A stretch of 64,000 bases of DNA, from NCBI RefSeq assembly GCF_006345805.1, contig NC_043021.1:25978001-26042000 (forward strand), read 5' to 3'. The notes beneath the pieces were generated by a model. It was not told the origin of the DNA and searched no databases. It worked only from the letters and a program-made list of their open reading frames with translations. The DNA comes from Octopus sinensis (taxonomy: Eukaryota). This document shows positions 50,887 to 64,000 of this stretch, piece after piece (the stretch's first letter is position 1; the number at the start of each line of letters is the position of its first letter). The position numbers and the translations under genes were made by a program.

Positions 50887-52229
50887 TATATATATATAAA
50901 GAAACATGTTAGTCCCTATCTGCATTGGTTAGCAATTCCCTCATTACAAATTGAAGAAAACTTTAACGGACCAATTTAAGAATTCCTTTCTTCATTTCAG
51001 ACAAAAGATTTTCCCAACTCAAATGGCCGTAGTCAATGTTTCTCAGTTTTTAAAATTATTCCAGACACATTTCCATTTCAACATCTGATTTTTTTTTCAA
51101 TAATTGAAATTATATAATGAATTATAATACAATGAATGTCACCCTGTTCTTCGATCTTCCACCCCACCCCACCCTCCACAATCTCAGAGGATCAACAAAG
51201 ATTTAAGGATTGGAAACAATTCTAACTTTAAACTGAAGAATTATTCAATATTTTTCAATAGAAGACATGTTCCTTGATTTTTACAAGTAAAAAGTTGACA
51301 GTGACTTCAAAGTTCTCGCTTCCCAACGGCCATTAAACTGATGATGGCAGGCAAGCCCAAACTTCAAAGTCACTATCAATCTTTTTCCAAGTAAAAATTA
51401 ACACACACACACACACACAAATAACAAGATCGAGGTATGAGAGTTGCAACTTTCATGGAATCAGCAAAATAGGTGAAATAACAAGTTGCACACCCGATAG
51501 TAAACTTTTATTGCCAGACATTTATGCAGTCACACACACACAGCAAGGTGAACTTAGCCAGGATGAATCTAAAATATCCCAGCCACAGAAATAGGGTCCT
51601 ATTAGGGTTATTTAGATTTTAGGGAAAAGGGAAATGAGTTTTGTCATGAAAATCATTCATTTCCAATGTGTTTCAGGGATTTGCTTGAAACGAAAATGGG
51701 TCGCAGATTCGACCCCCAGAAACCCACCTCTGTTTCATAGTGCTCCCCTAAGTAACATGAAACAAAGTTCAAGACCAAATTTTTACATGAGAGACAGTCA
51801 TTCAGTTGATTAGACCGGACCCTGATACACTACTGGTACTTATCATTATTGACCCCATGGAGGGACGAAAGATAAAAATCAAACTGTGTGGGATTTGAAC
51901 TCAGCATTTTTTTTTTGTTTTGTGTTAATCCTTTATTTGTGATTTCTAACGAAGCCATGTCTTCATAATAAACAGAACTGAGACGCAGAAGGACAAAACT
52001 GAATCTGGTAAAGCATTTAGTGTGGTGCTCTACCTTGTGAAGTAGCATGAGGACCCACGGAGATTACATGAAAGCTGAAGTGTCGTGGGGGGGAGGGGGG
52101 ATTTGAATAAACCTAGCACATACGGTGGAAGAAGAAGAAAAGAGGGAAGAGACACTGAAAACAGAGGTGGCGGGGGATTATAATTTTCTAACTTTCAATT
52201 ACGATAAGAATACATGGACAAGTAAATGA

Positions 52230-52870
52230 ATAATAATAATAATAATAATAATGATAATAATAATGATAATAATGATAATAATGATAATAATAATGATAAT
52301 AATAGAGGAGAAAAGTAAGAAAAATGTAAAACGTGAAAATATATAAGTTAGAATGAATGCGAAACAACTGCAACAAATAAGTCACTATTGGTGATGGTGG
52401 TGTGCTGGGGTAAAACGTGTGATGACAATGAGGTAGGCAGGTGGTGGTGGTGGTAGTGGTATGGTGGTGTAGTAATGCAGCAGTACAGAGGGAGGGGGGC
52501 TGGTTGCTGTTCATGAACGGTGACATTGCAACAGTGTTACGTTGGTATTAATAATAATAATAATAATAATATAATAATGATAATAATGATAATAATAATG
52601 ATAATAATAGAGGAGAAAAGTAAGAAAAATGTAAAACGTGAAAATATATAAGTTAGAATGAATGCGAAACAACTGCAACAAATAAGTCACTATTGGTGAT
52701 GGTGGTGTGCTGGGGTAAAACGTGTGATGACAATGAGGTAGGCAGGTGGTGGTGGTGGTAGTGGTATGGTGGTGTAGTAATGCAGCAGTACAGAGGGAGG
52801 GGGGCTGGTTGCTGTTCATGAACGGTGACATTGCAACAGTGTTACGTTGGTATTAATAATAATAATAATA
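52230..52870. repeat. Near-perfect direct tandem duplication, period 305 bp, bounded by (AAT)n tracts
   Basis: TAGAGGAGAAAAG at 52303 and 52608. The ORF track gives the same peptide for 52188-52526 and 52511-52831. Confidence 0.92.
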
Positions 52871-53494
52871 ACGATAACAATAATAATAATAAAGTCCACT
52901 TCGAAGTGGGATGGGTAGCAGGGTAGTGGGGGTGGGGCAATGGAGACAAGGGTTAAAAATCCAAAGATCAACAACTTTGCCAAGTGGTCAATGAACCATG
53001 TCCAGGAGGTGAGTTGGTCAGTGAGATGGTCACTCAGTCGGTCGGTCAGTTAATTATTGTTCCTGAGAATCACTTGAACCACGTTCAAGGTTACCTGAGT
53101 TGTTGTTAATATTATTACTATTATTTTTATCATTATTATTATTATTAGTAGTAGTAGTAGTAGTGATAATAGTAATAGTCGTAGTAGTATGAGTAGTATT
53201 GCATGTTGGGATGTATTGAAGATGAAAAGGAGTGACCGAGGGACCAAGTTGGAAGGGTGGCGGGTGTGGTGATGATGAACAGGAGAGGAAACAGGTGGGA
53301 TGAGAGAGGGACATGAATGAAAAATGAGAGGAAGGTCTCATTGATGCAGTCAAGGGTCAGCATCAGAACTGAGTAGGCAGGGGTTGGAGGGGTCGGTTTG
53401 AGCAGCAGGAATTCAAGAAACACTACTCTGGTTGCCACTACAAACACTGCACTAAATATATATATATATATATATATAACATACATACACACAG

Positions 53495-53565
<71 letters not shown>

Positions 53566-55190
53566 CGGAGATGTACTCGCATAGCAAGTGATTTGATCTG
53601 AGATCGTGTGCTGGAACGAAAACAATTGCAGCATGGAAGGTTTGCGTATATGGATATGGTTATATGTGCACAGTTGCACCTAAACATTGTATCCATTCAC
53701 AGTTAGACGGTGATGAGAGGAACAAACACACACCCACACATATATGTGCGTGCGTCTATACAAACATATATGTGAGTATGTATACAACCTTCAACAAAGT
53801 AACAGTCATGTACACAACTTGGACGGACACATACCAGTACACGGACATATGTTCACATACACATGTACACACTTTCACAGACGCGTCTGCCCATTCTCCT
53901 AGACACTCACATACATACGTAGCACACGAGTACAAACATACATACATACCTACGTATGGGCATACACACGTACATGTACACACACACATACATGGGCACA
54001 GGCATACGTGCGCGTATACATACATACACACATGCGTACGTACATACACACATACATACGTATATAAATTTGACCTGAACTAACTAGATGTAGGGAGGGG
54101 AAAAAAAAAACAAGTAATAGTAAAACAAAAGTTCTGTGATATAGAGATAAATGTCTGATAATGGGTTTTAGGGTTTTGTTTTGGGGGTGAGGGTTGTAAA
54201 TCACTTCCTAGTTTCGGCGGGGGGGGAGGTTGAAATTTGATATTATTGTGATGAGTGGTCAGTCTACATCTATCCATCACTACAGGTTTATAACTTTATG
54301 TTTATAGTGTGTGTGCGTGCATATACACACACAGGCATATGTACGTACATACACACATACATGCGTGTATACATACATACGCATATACATACGTACATAT
54401 ATATGACGAACTAACTGTTACTTTCTCAGATGCAGCACGGATTTTCGTCAGTGAACAGGTCGCGGATTTTAGCGACGAAAATATTTTGACAAATTAAACT
54501 TAAATGTTGGAGTGAATCGAACGGCTTTTGTGTGTTTCTTAAATGGCTTACAAACACCTTCCACGCTGCAATTGTTATATATATATATATAGATAGATAG
54601 ATAGATAGATAGACACACAGATAGATATAAGGAAGTGGCTAGAGTAAAGGTGTGGGGGTGTGTTTTGACATAAGAATTGTGACATAGCAGCAGCAGCAAT
54701 GATTGGAGGTGGGGGTAGGGCAGAAAAGAAAATTAGCAACATCTGAAATTGGTGGAGAGAGGTAGGGGGTGTCAATACAGAAATAATTGGAGAAAGTGGT
54801 GGTGGTGGTGGGAGCAGGGGTATTAACAAGGAATCCATACAAGCCTTTCTACAATGAGCAGAAGGCCTGAAATTTGAGGGGAGGGGCATGTCGATTACTT
54901 CAACTCTGAAAGAATAAAAGGCAAAGCCAGTCTCAGTGACATTTGAACTCAGAATGTAAAGCGAGAGGAAATGCTGCCAAGAATTATGGTCTGGCACTGT
55001 AACGATTCTGCCAGCTCACTGCCTTATTAATAATAATAATAATAATCCTTTCTAATATAGGCAGAAGGGGCCTGAAATTTCAGGGGAATGGGGGGGGGGA
55101 AAGTAAGTTATATCAATTCCAGTGCTCAGCTTGTACTTATTTTACTAACCTTGGAAGGCAAAGTTGACCTCGGCTGAATTTGAACTCAGC

Positions 55191-55381
55191 GGTGGCACGT
55201 AAAAAGCACCCCCTACACTCTCGGAGTGGTTGGCGTTAGGAAGGGCATCCAGCTGTAGAAACTCTGCCAGATCAAGATTGGAGCCTGGTGCAGCCATCTG
55301 GCTCACCAGCCCTCAGTCAAAATCGTCCAACCCATGCCAGCATGGAAAGCGGACGTTAAACAATGATGATGATGATGATGA
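55191..55381 (+). mobile_element. RTE 3'-end copy without array, inserted into a family C SINE
   Basis: GGTGGCACGTAAAAAGCACC...GGACGTTAAACAATGATGATG interrupts the SINE directly after TTTGAACTCAG. Confidence 0.8.
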
Positions 55382-57334
55382 ATGTAGCAACGGACAAAAT
55401 GCTGCTAAGCATTTCTCTTGCAAACCATTCTGCCAGCCGACCACCTTACCTTCTAAATATTGATTTCTTTAGAGTATGCACCCTGTAAGGAATTGATATC
55501 AATATATTACTGGTATCTGTTGGTCACTCACAGAGAAGAGAGAGGGAGATTAAAATTAATGGTGGATTTGGTGGAGTTTCATTTCAAATGTTTTTGTTTT
55601 TGTCCACAATGATCCTGGGAAGAGACAGAACAAAATAATGCCAATAATATCCAGAGAAAATTAAATAAACTCCAGCCTCACCCACCAATTTGAATTCCAA
55701 ACATGCAGTGAGATGATTATTAAAAGTGGTAAAGCATTTCATGCGTCAAATTGTTGTTTCGGTTGCTCCACCGCTTCTCTCAGAACCCGTTTCTTAATAT
55801 GTCTCAAGTGAAATACGCTGCCTTTGTTTCAATTAACTTTGAAAATAACGAAGAATTTAGTAAAATTCTTTGTATTTATTAGGCTGGGGTCTTGGAACAT
55901 AGATTAGCATGAAATTTTGACGGGAGGGTTTAGTTTAGATCTCTTAAACATTTTGTTACCAAATTTACGCTGAAACCCATTGATTCTTTTCAATTAATTT
56001 TTGAAATAATGAAGAATTTAGTAAAATAAATTAAACATGAAATTTTGATGGAAGGTTTTACTTTAGACCACTTTAAAACCAAAGTTTGTATCATAGAACC
56101 AGGCACAGTTGCAGTGGGGTTGGAAATCAAACAGGTTTTGAAGGGACAAGGACAGGAGAAGATGCATCACAATATTCTAGTTTTGTTGCTTTACATTTGA
56201 AGTTCAAATTTGGCAGAGTTTGCCTTTTGTTCTTCAGGGATTGGTAAAATAAATTCCCAGACAAAAATACTGGGGTTGATTTTAAATGACTGGACTTAGT
56301 GAAGGGTTTGTCCTGATTTTAGAAATCAATATTAGAAAACAGAAGATAAATTTAATGAGGAATTTGTCTGAGTGGGGAGAGGGAGGGAGGGAGAGAGAGA
56401 GAGTGGGGGAGAGAGAGGGAGAGGTATTAGATCATTTAAACAGGCTTAATTGTAATTTTGTTTCAAAAAAACTTATTTTGAAAACATTTTCAAACATTTA
56501 TCAATAAAATGCATGCAATTTAAAAATTATAAAATAGATATATTTTTTTCTTTTTAATGGAAAAATTGTTGGATGTTTCAAATTAGTAAAGACAGAAATT
56601 TAAGTTCTATAGTTTTGATACTGATCAACCCTGATCCAGTTGTGACCATCTCATCTATTTGTGCATCAAGAACTACATTGTCCAATATGTTTGTCACTTT
56701 TTTTTAAGACAGTAGGATGTGATTTTGTTGCTATTTCTAGCATGTCTGGAGAATGCATAGCAACACCCTTGGGTGTCAAACACCAGGAAATGTCTGACTG
56801 AATTTGGAATATCCATTTTTAATTAATTTTCAAATTCGATTCAAGATAGCCTTTAAACATAGCGAGATATAGTTATAGAATTAGGTCAACCTCCACAGAA
56901 TGGAGGGGAAGAGGTGGGGGCGAAATATTGTGAAGCAAGGGGTCAACAGTCTAATGTTTTTTAGCCACTTCACACCAATAATAATAATAATAATAATAAT
57001 AATGTGATTTCTTAATTCTAATTTTTTTCCCCCCCAAATAAGATTAACGACATAGAAACCACTTTTAGTAGGGATGTCTCTGGGGCATACACAAAGGGGC
57101 AGAAATAAGGGGGGAAGGGTGTGTTTGATGATCTAGAATTCAATTGGTTTATTTATTTTGACACCCAACCCCAGAAGAATCAATGGTACATTTGATCTCA
57201 CACAAATTTGAACTGAGAACATAGGCTTAAATACTGCAAGACATCCATCCAGCTCTTGACTCAGATAACAAAAATAGTCATTACTATTATTATAAATAAT
57301 TCTCTGTCATATAAACCATAATAATAATAACTAC

Positions 57335-57365
<31 letters not shown>

Positions 57366-59081
57366 GTAATAATTCACTCCATCAGAATTTTTTTTTTTTT
57401 CGTTATGAAAACAAAAGAAATAAAAACCCAAAATGAAAGAGAACCTCTAAGCTTATTCCTTAATTATTCAGCTCTGCATTTTGTTTAGTGTCCAAAACTT
57501 AAGGTCTGCCTCATTAATAACAATGAGCAATGCCATTATTTATTGTATTGTGGAGATGAGAAGAGTTCTGCTTCTTTGTCAATATATTTGCAGTTTTGTT
57601 TTGCTTTTTTTATAAAATTTGTATTTTTATTATCAAACTAAGTGCTGTATTATTAATATTATTATTATTACTAAGATTTTCTTTGATAGTTCCACATGAG
57701 ATTCTGCTGCATTACCTCCTGTGCCTCCATGTGTGTGCCATTGGGTTCGTACTTTTGTGGCGTCTGGAACAGTCAAGACTCCTCTTGTTGGTTTGCTGCA
57801 TCAGTTTGTTTTGTTTTGGAGGTTAAGGTTCTTGGTTCGTTAGTGTTTGTTCTGGTCTGTGTGTGTGTGTGTGTGTGTAATGTCAGGTGCGTTACCTTAA
57901 GGAGTCTTCATCTTGCATACTATATGTTGCATGAGCTTCTGCTGTTTTAGATTATTAACTCGTTAGCATTCAAATTAATTTATCAAATGTAATGTTTATT
58001 TATCTACATTTCTAAAAATTAATCCTGGATTATCTCATAGCCTTGAGATTTTGATGATGTGATTGTTTATTTTTAGAATGACATTGCAGGGTAGGTGTGA
58101 GAGGATGGATCTGGTCAGTTTCAACATAAAACTTGTAGAAATTATGGGTCAGATGTGGCTGGTTTAAATGTTACAAGGCTAAATGCTTGTTGTGCCGGGT
58201 GTGTGTTGTGTGTGAAGATTGTTCTGTTTGGGTTAGTCTACTGAATAGACCAGGGTCTTGCACAAGATGTGGACTGTTCCTAGCAAAGCTATTTTGGGGT
58301 GCAGTGTATAATGTTGTGAACCCTGCTATGGTTCACATGTTTCTTATCATCATCACCATTATTACTATTATTATTAGTATCAGTAGTAGTAGTATATTTA
58401 AAGGAATCGTGGCCCTTGTGGCCAATAAACAAAGAATTATTTATGTTGTTGTTATTGTGATGTCAGAAACTTTCCTCCTCCTCCTCATCATCATCATCAT
58501 TTATATCACCATGGTATTTTTTTTTTTACCAGAATGCTCCACAGCAGTTAGAGATTTACCGATATTGCTAAACCTTCCAAACTTCCTCTCTATATTAAGA
58601 TTAATTTACTTCAAAAGGTGTGAGATACCTGTTGATGGAGATGGACAACTAAAACTTTAAAAATAAAAATTTTTCTTAAAACATAAAAAAAAAATGAAAA
58701 GAAAAAAAAACCAATGGAATGTTGTTTGTTTGTTTGAAACCATAATGCACCCCCACCCACATTTTGCTTAAGTTTCTTCAAAAACCATTTATAATTTTAG
58801 TGAAAATAATTACTGACCAAATGTGTGTGTGGGTGTGTGTGATAAACTTGAGAGATTTAGACAAGATTACAGACCACACACATGCATACACACACACACA
58901 CACACACACACAAATAAAACAAAAGAAATACAAAATAAAAATAAACAAAAGCTACAATAAATTTGTCCATATTGTTTCTGTGAGTTATCATTTAAAATAG
59001 TTTAAGTTCTTCACATGTACCAATTTACAGAAATTTCCAGAGAGAGAGAGAGAGAGAGAGAGGGAAAGAGAGAAAGAAGGT

Positions 59082-59350
59082 TCACCCCTGGGCATCTTCC
59101 TCGTTTTTAGGAATATCATATATTTCGGCATAGAGAGGCGGCACTTTGAGCCGTTTCCACTGAGAGCGATACCACTGTAAGAGTTCATTGTGCCAGGTGC
59201 CAAGTGTCCGCAGCTCAGGAAGTTTCATGATGGTGTTTGCATAAAGATGTTCCTCGGTTGAGTGATTGCGACTGATCTGCAGCTTAAGGGCTTCGATAAG
59301 CTTGTCTTGGATTTTCTCAACGGCCTTGGTGTTGGTGAGACCCTGGCGGT
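59082..59350 (-). CDS. E78: Nuclear receptor E78-like (NR1E), last coding exon, ligand-binding domain C-terminus
   Basis: DRQGLTNTKAVEKIQDKLIEALKLQISRNH...MKLPELRTLG...LQWYRSQWKRLKVPPLYAEIYDIPKNEED resembles the Drosophila E78 C-terminus (LDWLRMNWTKLRLPPLFAEIFDIPK, from memory). Acceptor TTCCACAG|AC, phase 1. TGA at 59084-59082. Confidence 0.85.
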
Positions 59351-60612
59351 CTGTGGAATGAATGTAGCAAACACTTACAATTGAGGGCAGACGAAAAGGA
59401 AGAAAACGATAAAATTGAAAACAAAACATATCATGTCAAATACACAAAGGTCATGGAAATAGCGGAACCAAAAATAAAATAAGACTGATATCATCATCGT
59501 CATCATCATCATCATCATCCACTTTTCCATGCTTGCCTGGGTCACACAGATTTTCTCTAGTCAGATGCCTTTCCTGTCACCAACCTTCACCTGTTTCCAG
59601 GAAAGGTAATATTTCCCCCATGGTTGAACATGTCCTCACAGAAGGCTGGAAGTGAAGGAGGACACCACTTGCAGGATGGCAACACTCACCTGCAACGATC
59701 ACATGACATCAAGGCAAGGAGACAGAGAAACACACAAATACGACTGGCTTTCACACAGCTTGTCTATGAAATCCACACACAAGGCTTTGGTTGGGCCAGG
59801 CTTAGAGTAAATACACTTGCATAAGGGGCCACACAGAGGGACTGAACCCAAGACCATGTGGTTGGGGAGCAAACTCCTTAACCACACAGCCATGCCTGGC
59901 TTCTTTTTTATGAAAATCTCTTACTTCCACTGTTTGAGGAAAACTGTTGTGTTTGTACAACTCAGTTTTGAAAAGGCAACAAAAAATTCCTTCAACTTAT
60001 TGCAAAATGGTTTCCCATTCAGAGATTTCTTTCAGCAACCAACAGTTTTACTCCAAATTTTTGGTTCTTTACTTCAAACTCGAATCTTATCAATTCTTGT
60101 TTCCTTTTCCTACAGATCTCTAGAAATAGATTTATTCCAAAGAGAAAACCAAGCTATGATAACATCATTGCAATCTGCAAACTCTTTGAGAAATACTTGA
60201 CTCAGTGCTTCACCATTTTTAACTCATTCTTTCCTCTACAAATACTTTTGACATCCACTTAACCTTGCTTAATGGTTTATTTGAGATTCTATCAGATTCT
60301 GCACTTCAAGCCATTTCCTCAAATTGAGATCTCTCTGCCAATGACCCAGTAAATGTCATATATACAAGATCTATCTTGCTAGCAAGCTAAGTGTGCGTGT
60401 GTTTATAGATATGTATGAATATGTATGAGTGGACAAATGAAAGAGGCACTCGACATATTTTGTAGAAATTACATATATTATTATTATTATTATTTAAAGC
60501 AGTTTGATTTGGTGCCATGCTACTTAAACTTTCACAGGCTTCTGACAGAAACCCAGCTCATTGAGAATCAAATGACTGAGTGTGTATATATATACATACA
60601 TACATATATATA

Positions 60613-60662
<50 letters not shown>

Positions 60663-60669
60663 TACATAC

Positions 60670-60726
<57 letters not shown>

Positions 60727-61885
60727 GAATGTATGCAAGCATGGACAAGTGGATGCTAAAATGATGATATATATATATATATACACACATGCATATCAAC
60801 ACCCATATGAATGGTTGAGTGCTTACGAAGTTCATTAGCTATCTAACCACATGGTTTCGAGTTCAGTCCCACTGCATGACACCTTAGGCCAACCAAAACC
60901 TTGTGAGTAGATTTAGTCGACAGAAACTGAAAGAAGCCTGCTGTTTGCATGTGTGTGTGTGTGTGTGTTTGAGCGAAGAATTTTGTGTTTCTCTTCTGCT
61001 TTTGTTGCTGGTTTAGAAGCAATGGCTTCCCAAATGGTATCCCTTACTTTTAGTCCACTGTGAAGACATGTCCAGGCTTCTTGACCTGTCCAGAAATGTT
61101 GCGTAATTTTTGTGAAGAAAAGGCCAGTTTACAGAGTGTCATTAGTTCCCACTTCTCCACATTAAGCATATCTGAGCCATTTGTTGTTTGATAAACTAGG
61201 TCATTATTACCTGACTTGGAAACAGGAGTTGGGTCAGGGGTAGGGTGAGATCGGGAAGTGGATCCAACCATAAAAAGACTCTCCCCACCATTCTCTTGTC
61301 TGACCCACACAAGCATGGGAAAGAAGATATTAAAATAAGGATGATGATGATGATGATGTATTCCACACAAAAAAATCTTTCAGTATCTTTCCTCCTGGGT
61401 CCAGAAAATCCACCAGAAGAAAAAATAAAGTATATCAGCATTTTTTAAAATAAAAAAATGATTAAAGGTTTTTAAAAAAAAGCATTAAAAAGGCAAGTCT
61501 TTATTCAACATAAAAGATTCTTAAAAAGTGACGAAGTCAATTAAAATGAAATTTATTACTGTGACTTTTCCTACGGCAAATATATTCATGGCCAAATTAC
61601 ATATAACGCTTTCCTCCAAGACACATTTTCCCATCTATTTTGAGTAAGCTGGTGAATTATGGAACTTCTATCTTCAGGAATGCTCTGGCACCTCTGTATT
61701 TTCCATCTGTATTGATGGAAACACTATTGTGCTGTCTTCTACCTTAGTTTTGAGCTAACTAAAGCCTTGAGAGTGGATTTGGTGAACAGAAACTCAAAGA
61801 GGCCTGTTGCACATTTGTGTGTGTGTGTGTGTGTGTGTTGTGTGTGTGTGTGTGTGTGTGTGAGTGAGAGAGAGAGAGAGAGAGA

Positions 61886-61930
<45 letters not shown>

Positions 61931-62729
61931 TGTGTTTGTGTTCCCTTGATTTGACACTTTGCTATATTTATGTAACACATGCCAGCATGGAAAACAGACA
62001 TTGAATCACACACACGGTGAAAGGGACAATCAAACACATTAAAAGTGGCCCCTTCTTGTTTCTTTCTTCCTGTTTAGAATCAAGAGTCAGCACCTACTCA
62101 GCCTTGTGAGTCTCACCAGCCTTTTTATAAAACACACTGGAATGTAACATGCCCCCCACTTCTACCTTCACCCTCCCCTTCAAGTGGTACTTAAAGAGGA
62201 GGCTGATGATGGTGGGCCAGAGAGGAAAAATACATGCCCCCAAATCTTTTAATTCCATCCATCCTTGTTTCCAAAAGACAGCAGTAGGTAAGTCATTGCT
62301 ATGGACTTGGCTGATAGCTGGACCTGTCCTCTGCCCACCAGCTGTTCAACAGAAGGGACACCTTTTGGCAATGCATGGAAACTGAACAAGAGAGTGCAGA
62401 ACCGTTTCATCATTCTATGCACATCTCAGACAGATTTGAACGTCGGCATTTCTATGCCACTGGATGGTCACTCCCATCAATTTCAATGTGAGTGTTTGAA
62501 GGAAAGGATGGAAAAAAAAGAGAACCTGCATCTATGTGTGATGGATGTGTGAATGTAATTTGAGTCCAGGAATGAGTTTTGCAACGAGGTCACAAAGGGG
62601 ACAACGATGAATAGGATTTTGCTCGAGATTGGACAAATGGGTCTGCAGATTGCATTGTTTTGTTTTTTCAACTTAAGTCATTTAAGGGAGTAAACCCCTA
62701 GAGAAAATCTGGAGAGAGGGGCCCTAAGG

Positions 62730-63298
62730 CAGAAATAATAATAATAACAATGACGACGAAAATAAATTCGCTGATGCAGGACCAGGCAAGGGTTCTCATG
62801 CCTTCTGATCTTAACTGATTGACATTGTTTTGTCTTGTTACAAAAGATGGGCTACAGCAAATATTCTGTGTGATATCATATCTGATTGTCAGCTGTTTGC
62901 CCATAACCAGTTGAGCAATCCACTTGGTGGCTGACGATATGTGCATCTCTGATCACAAGCAGGAGTAGTGGGGGAGCATCATAGACATGTGTTGAGAGGA
63001 ATTCTTTGGGGTTGGACAAATTCACCCCTGGAAACAAGGGTGTTTCGTTCATCATTCTTAAACAAACCTTATTCAGGGACCCTTTGAACAGGATGGGCTA
63101 CTCAACCTGAAGAAGATTCTAACTGGTCCCCACCTACAAGGTCATGTGTTGTTTATATTAATGAGATCATCAAGATACACACATATGGTTGTGATGCATG
63201 TGCCTGGTGTACCCTTATCAGACAGGTAGTCATGATGGGTATATTGGGCTTCTATACTTGTACCCCAGTGTCACATTGATGGCATACACTGCTCTTGC

Positions 63299-63341
<43 letters not shown>

Positions 63342-63365
63342 TAATAATGATAATAATGATAATAA
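62730..63365 (+). mobile_element. Retroposon 3' end with long (AAT)n tail, inside the E78 intron
   Basis: Non-coding body of about 570 bp ending abruptly in an (AAT)n/(GAT)n tail. Family not identified. Confidence 0.45.
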
Positions 63366-63398
63366 TATTCGTGAGTTAATGGTTGTATTAGTACTGAC

Positions 63399-63504
63399 CT
63401 GCAGTGGCAAGGACTATTCCAACAAATAAAGCAATTTCCGTATCATTCAGGTTGAGCATGTTGAAGTTAGATGTTAATTCAAACATGGTGTTTACAAAAT
63501 CCAT
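63399..63504 (-). CDS. E78: Nuclear receptor E78-like, penultimate coding exon
   Basis: MDFVNTMFELTSNFNMLNLNDTEIALFVGIVLATA fits NR1 LBD helices 7-8. Acceptor TTTTCCAG|ATG and donor G|GTCAGT; 106 bp; phase 1 joins AC to give Asp of DRQGL. Confidence 0.88.
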
Positions 63505-64000
63505 CTGGAAAAGAAAACAAACATTGAAGACAGGGAAAAAAAAAAAAAAAATTCACCTCATGTTCTGACAGAAAAATATACAAAGTTCATCTGTAACTTC
63601 TTTACATTTAACATCTTGCTGGCGCACACACACACACACACACACACAGAGGCTGCTCTTAAACAGGGTAAGGACCCCACCACCACTGTTCCTGCAAAAC
63701 ATGGCCTTAGCTACAATGACTGAAGCAATCTAAAGAACTATAAAATTCACTCAAATAAACACTTTCAATACAAAGACTTCTCTGGTTCCATGACCCAAAC
63801 ATTCTTTTTACAATGATTGAAATTAAAATTTCATGCTAATTAATGTTTTGAAAATTAACTTTATTTTATGATGTTCGTTCTTTATTATTTTCTAAATTAA
63901 TTGTCACAAAGACAATTAATTTCAATGAAAATATATATTTCTACAGAAACATAACAAATGGAGATGAAAGTTTGCAGGTGCTGGTAGCACAGGGGAAGCA

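Overview
AT-rich eukaryotic genomic DNA dense in microsatellites and repeats. The repeat families and gene content suggest an octopus or other coleoid cephalopod (inference, not checked against a database). Three protein-coding genes are supported, all on the minus strand. (1) The 5' part of OTUD3: a large exon at 10035-10718 that ends just before the catalytic Cys codon, plus a probable first exon near 18752-19150; the remaining exons were not found and probably lie left of the window. (2) A complete three-exon TMEM101 (35548 to 31789, 248 aa). (3) The last two coding exons of an E78-like (NR1E) nuclear receptor (63399-63504 and 59082-59350). The rest is introns or intergenic DNA filled with decayed piggyBac, Helitron, mariner/Tc1, hAT, RTE and R4-like LINE remnants, at least three tRNA-derived SINE families, and MITEs. 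Most ORFs in the supplied track are microsatellite or repeat artefacts. No CRISPR array, rRNA or bona fide tRNA gene was found. The most interesting leads are: a tRNA-headed SINE carrying a hammerhead-ribozyme-like core; a variable-number array of 63-68 bp hairpin units in the 3' UTR of an RTE LINE; an in-frame low-complexity N-terminal extension of about 190 aa on OTUD3; a 14-bp motif shared by the TMEM101 promoter region and a non-autonomous Helitron; and inverted SINE pairs that could form ADAR substrates.
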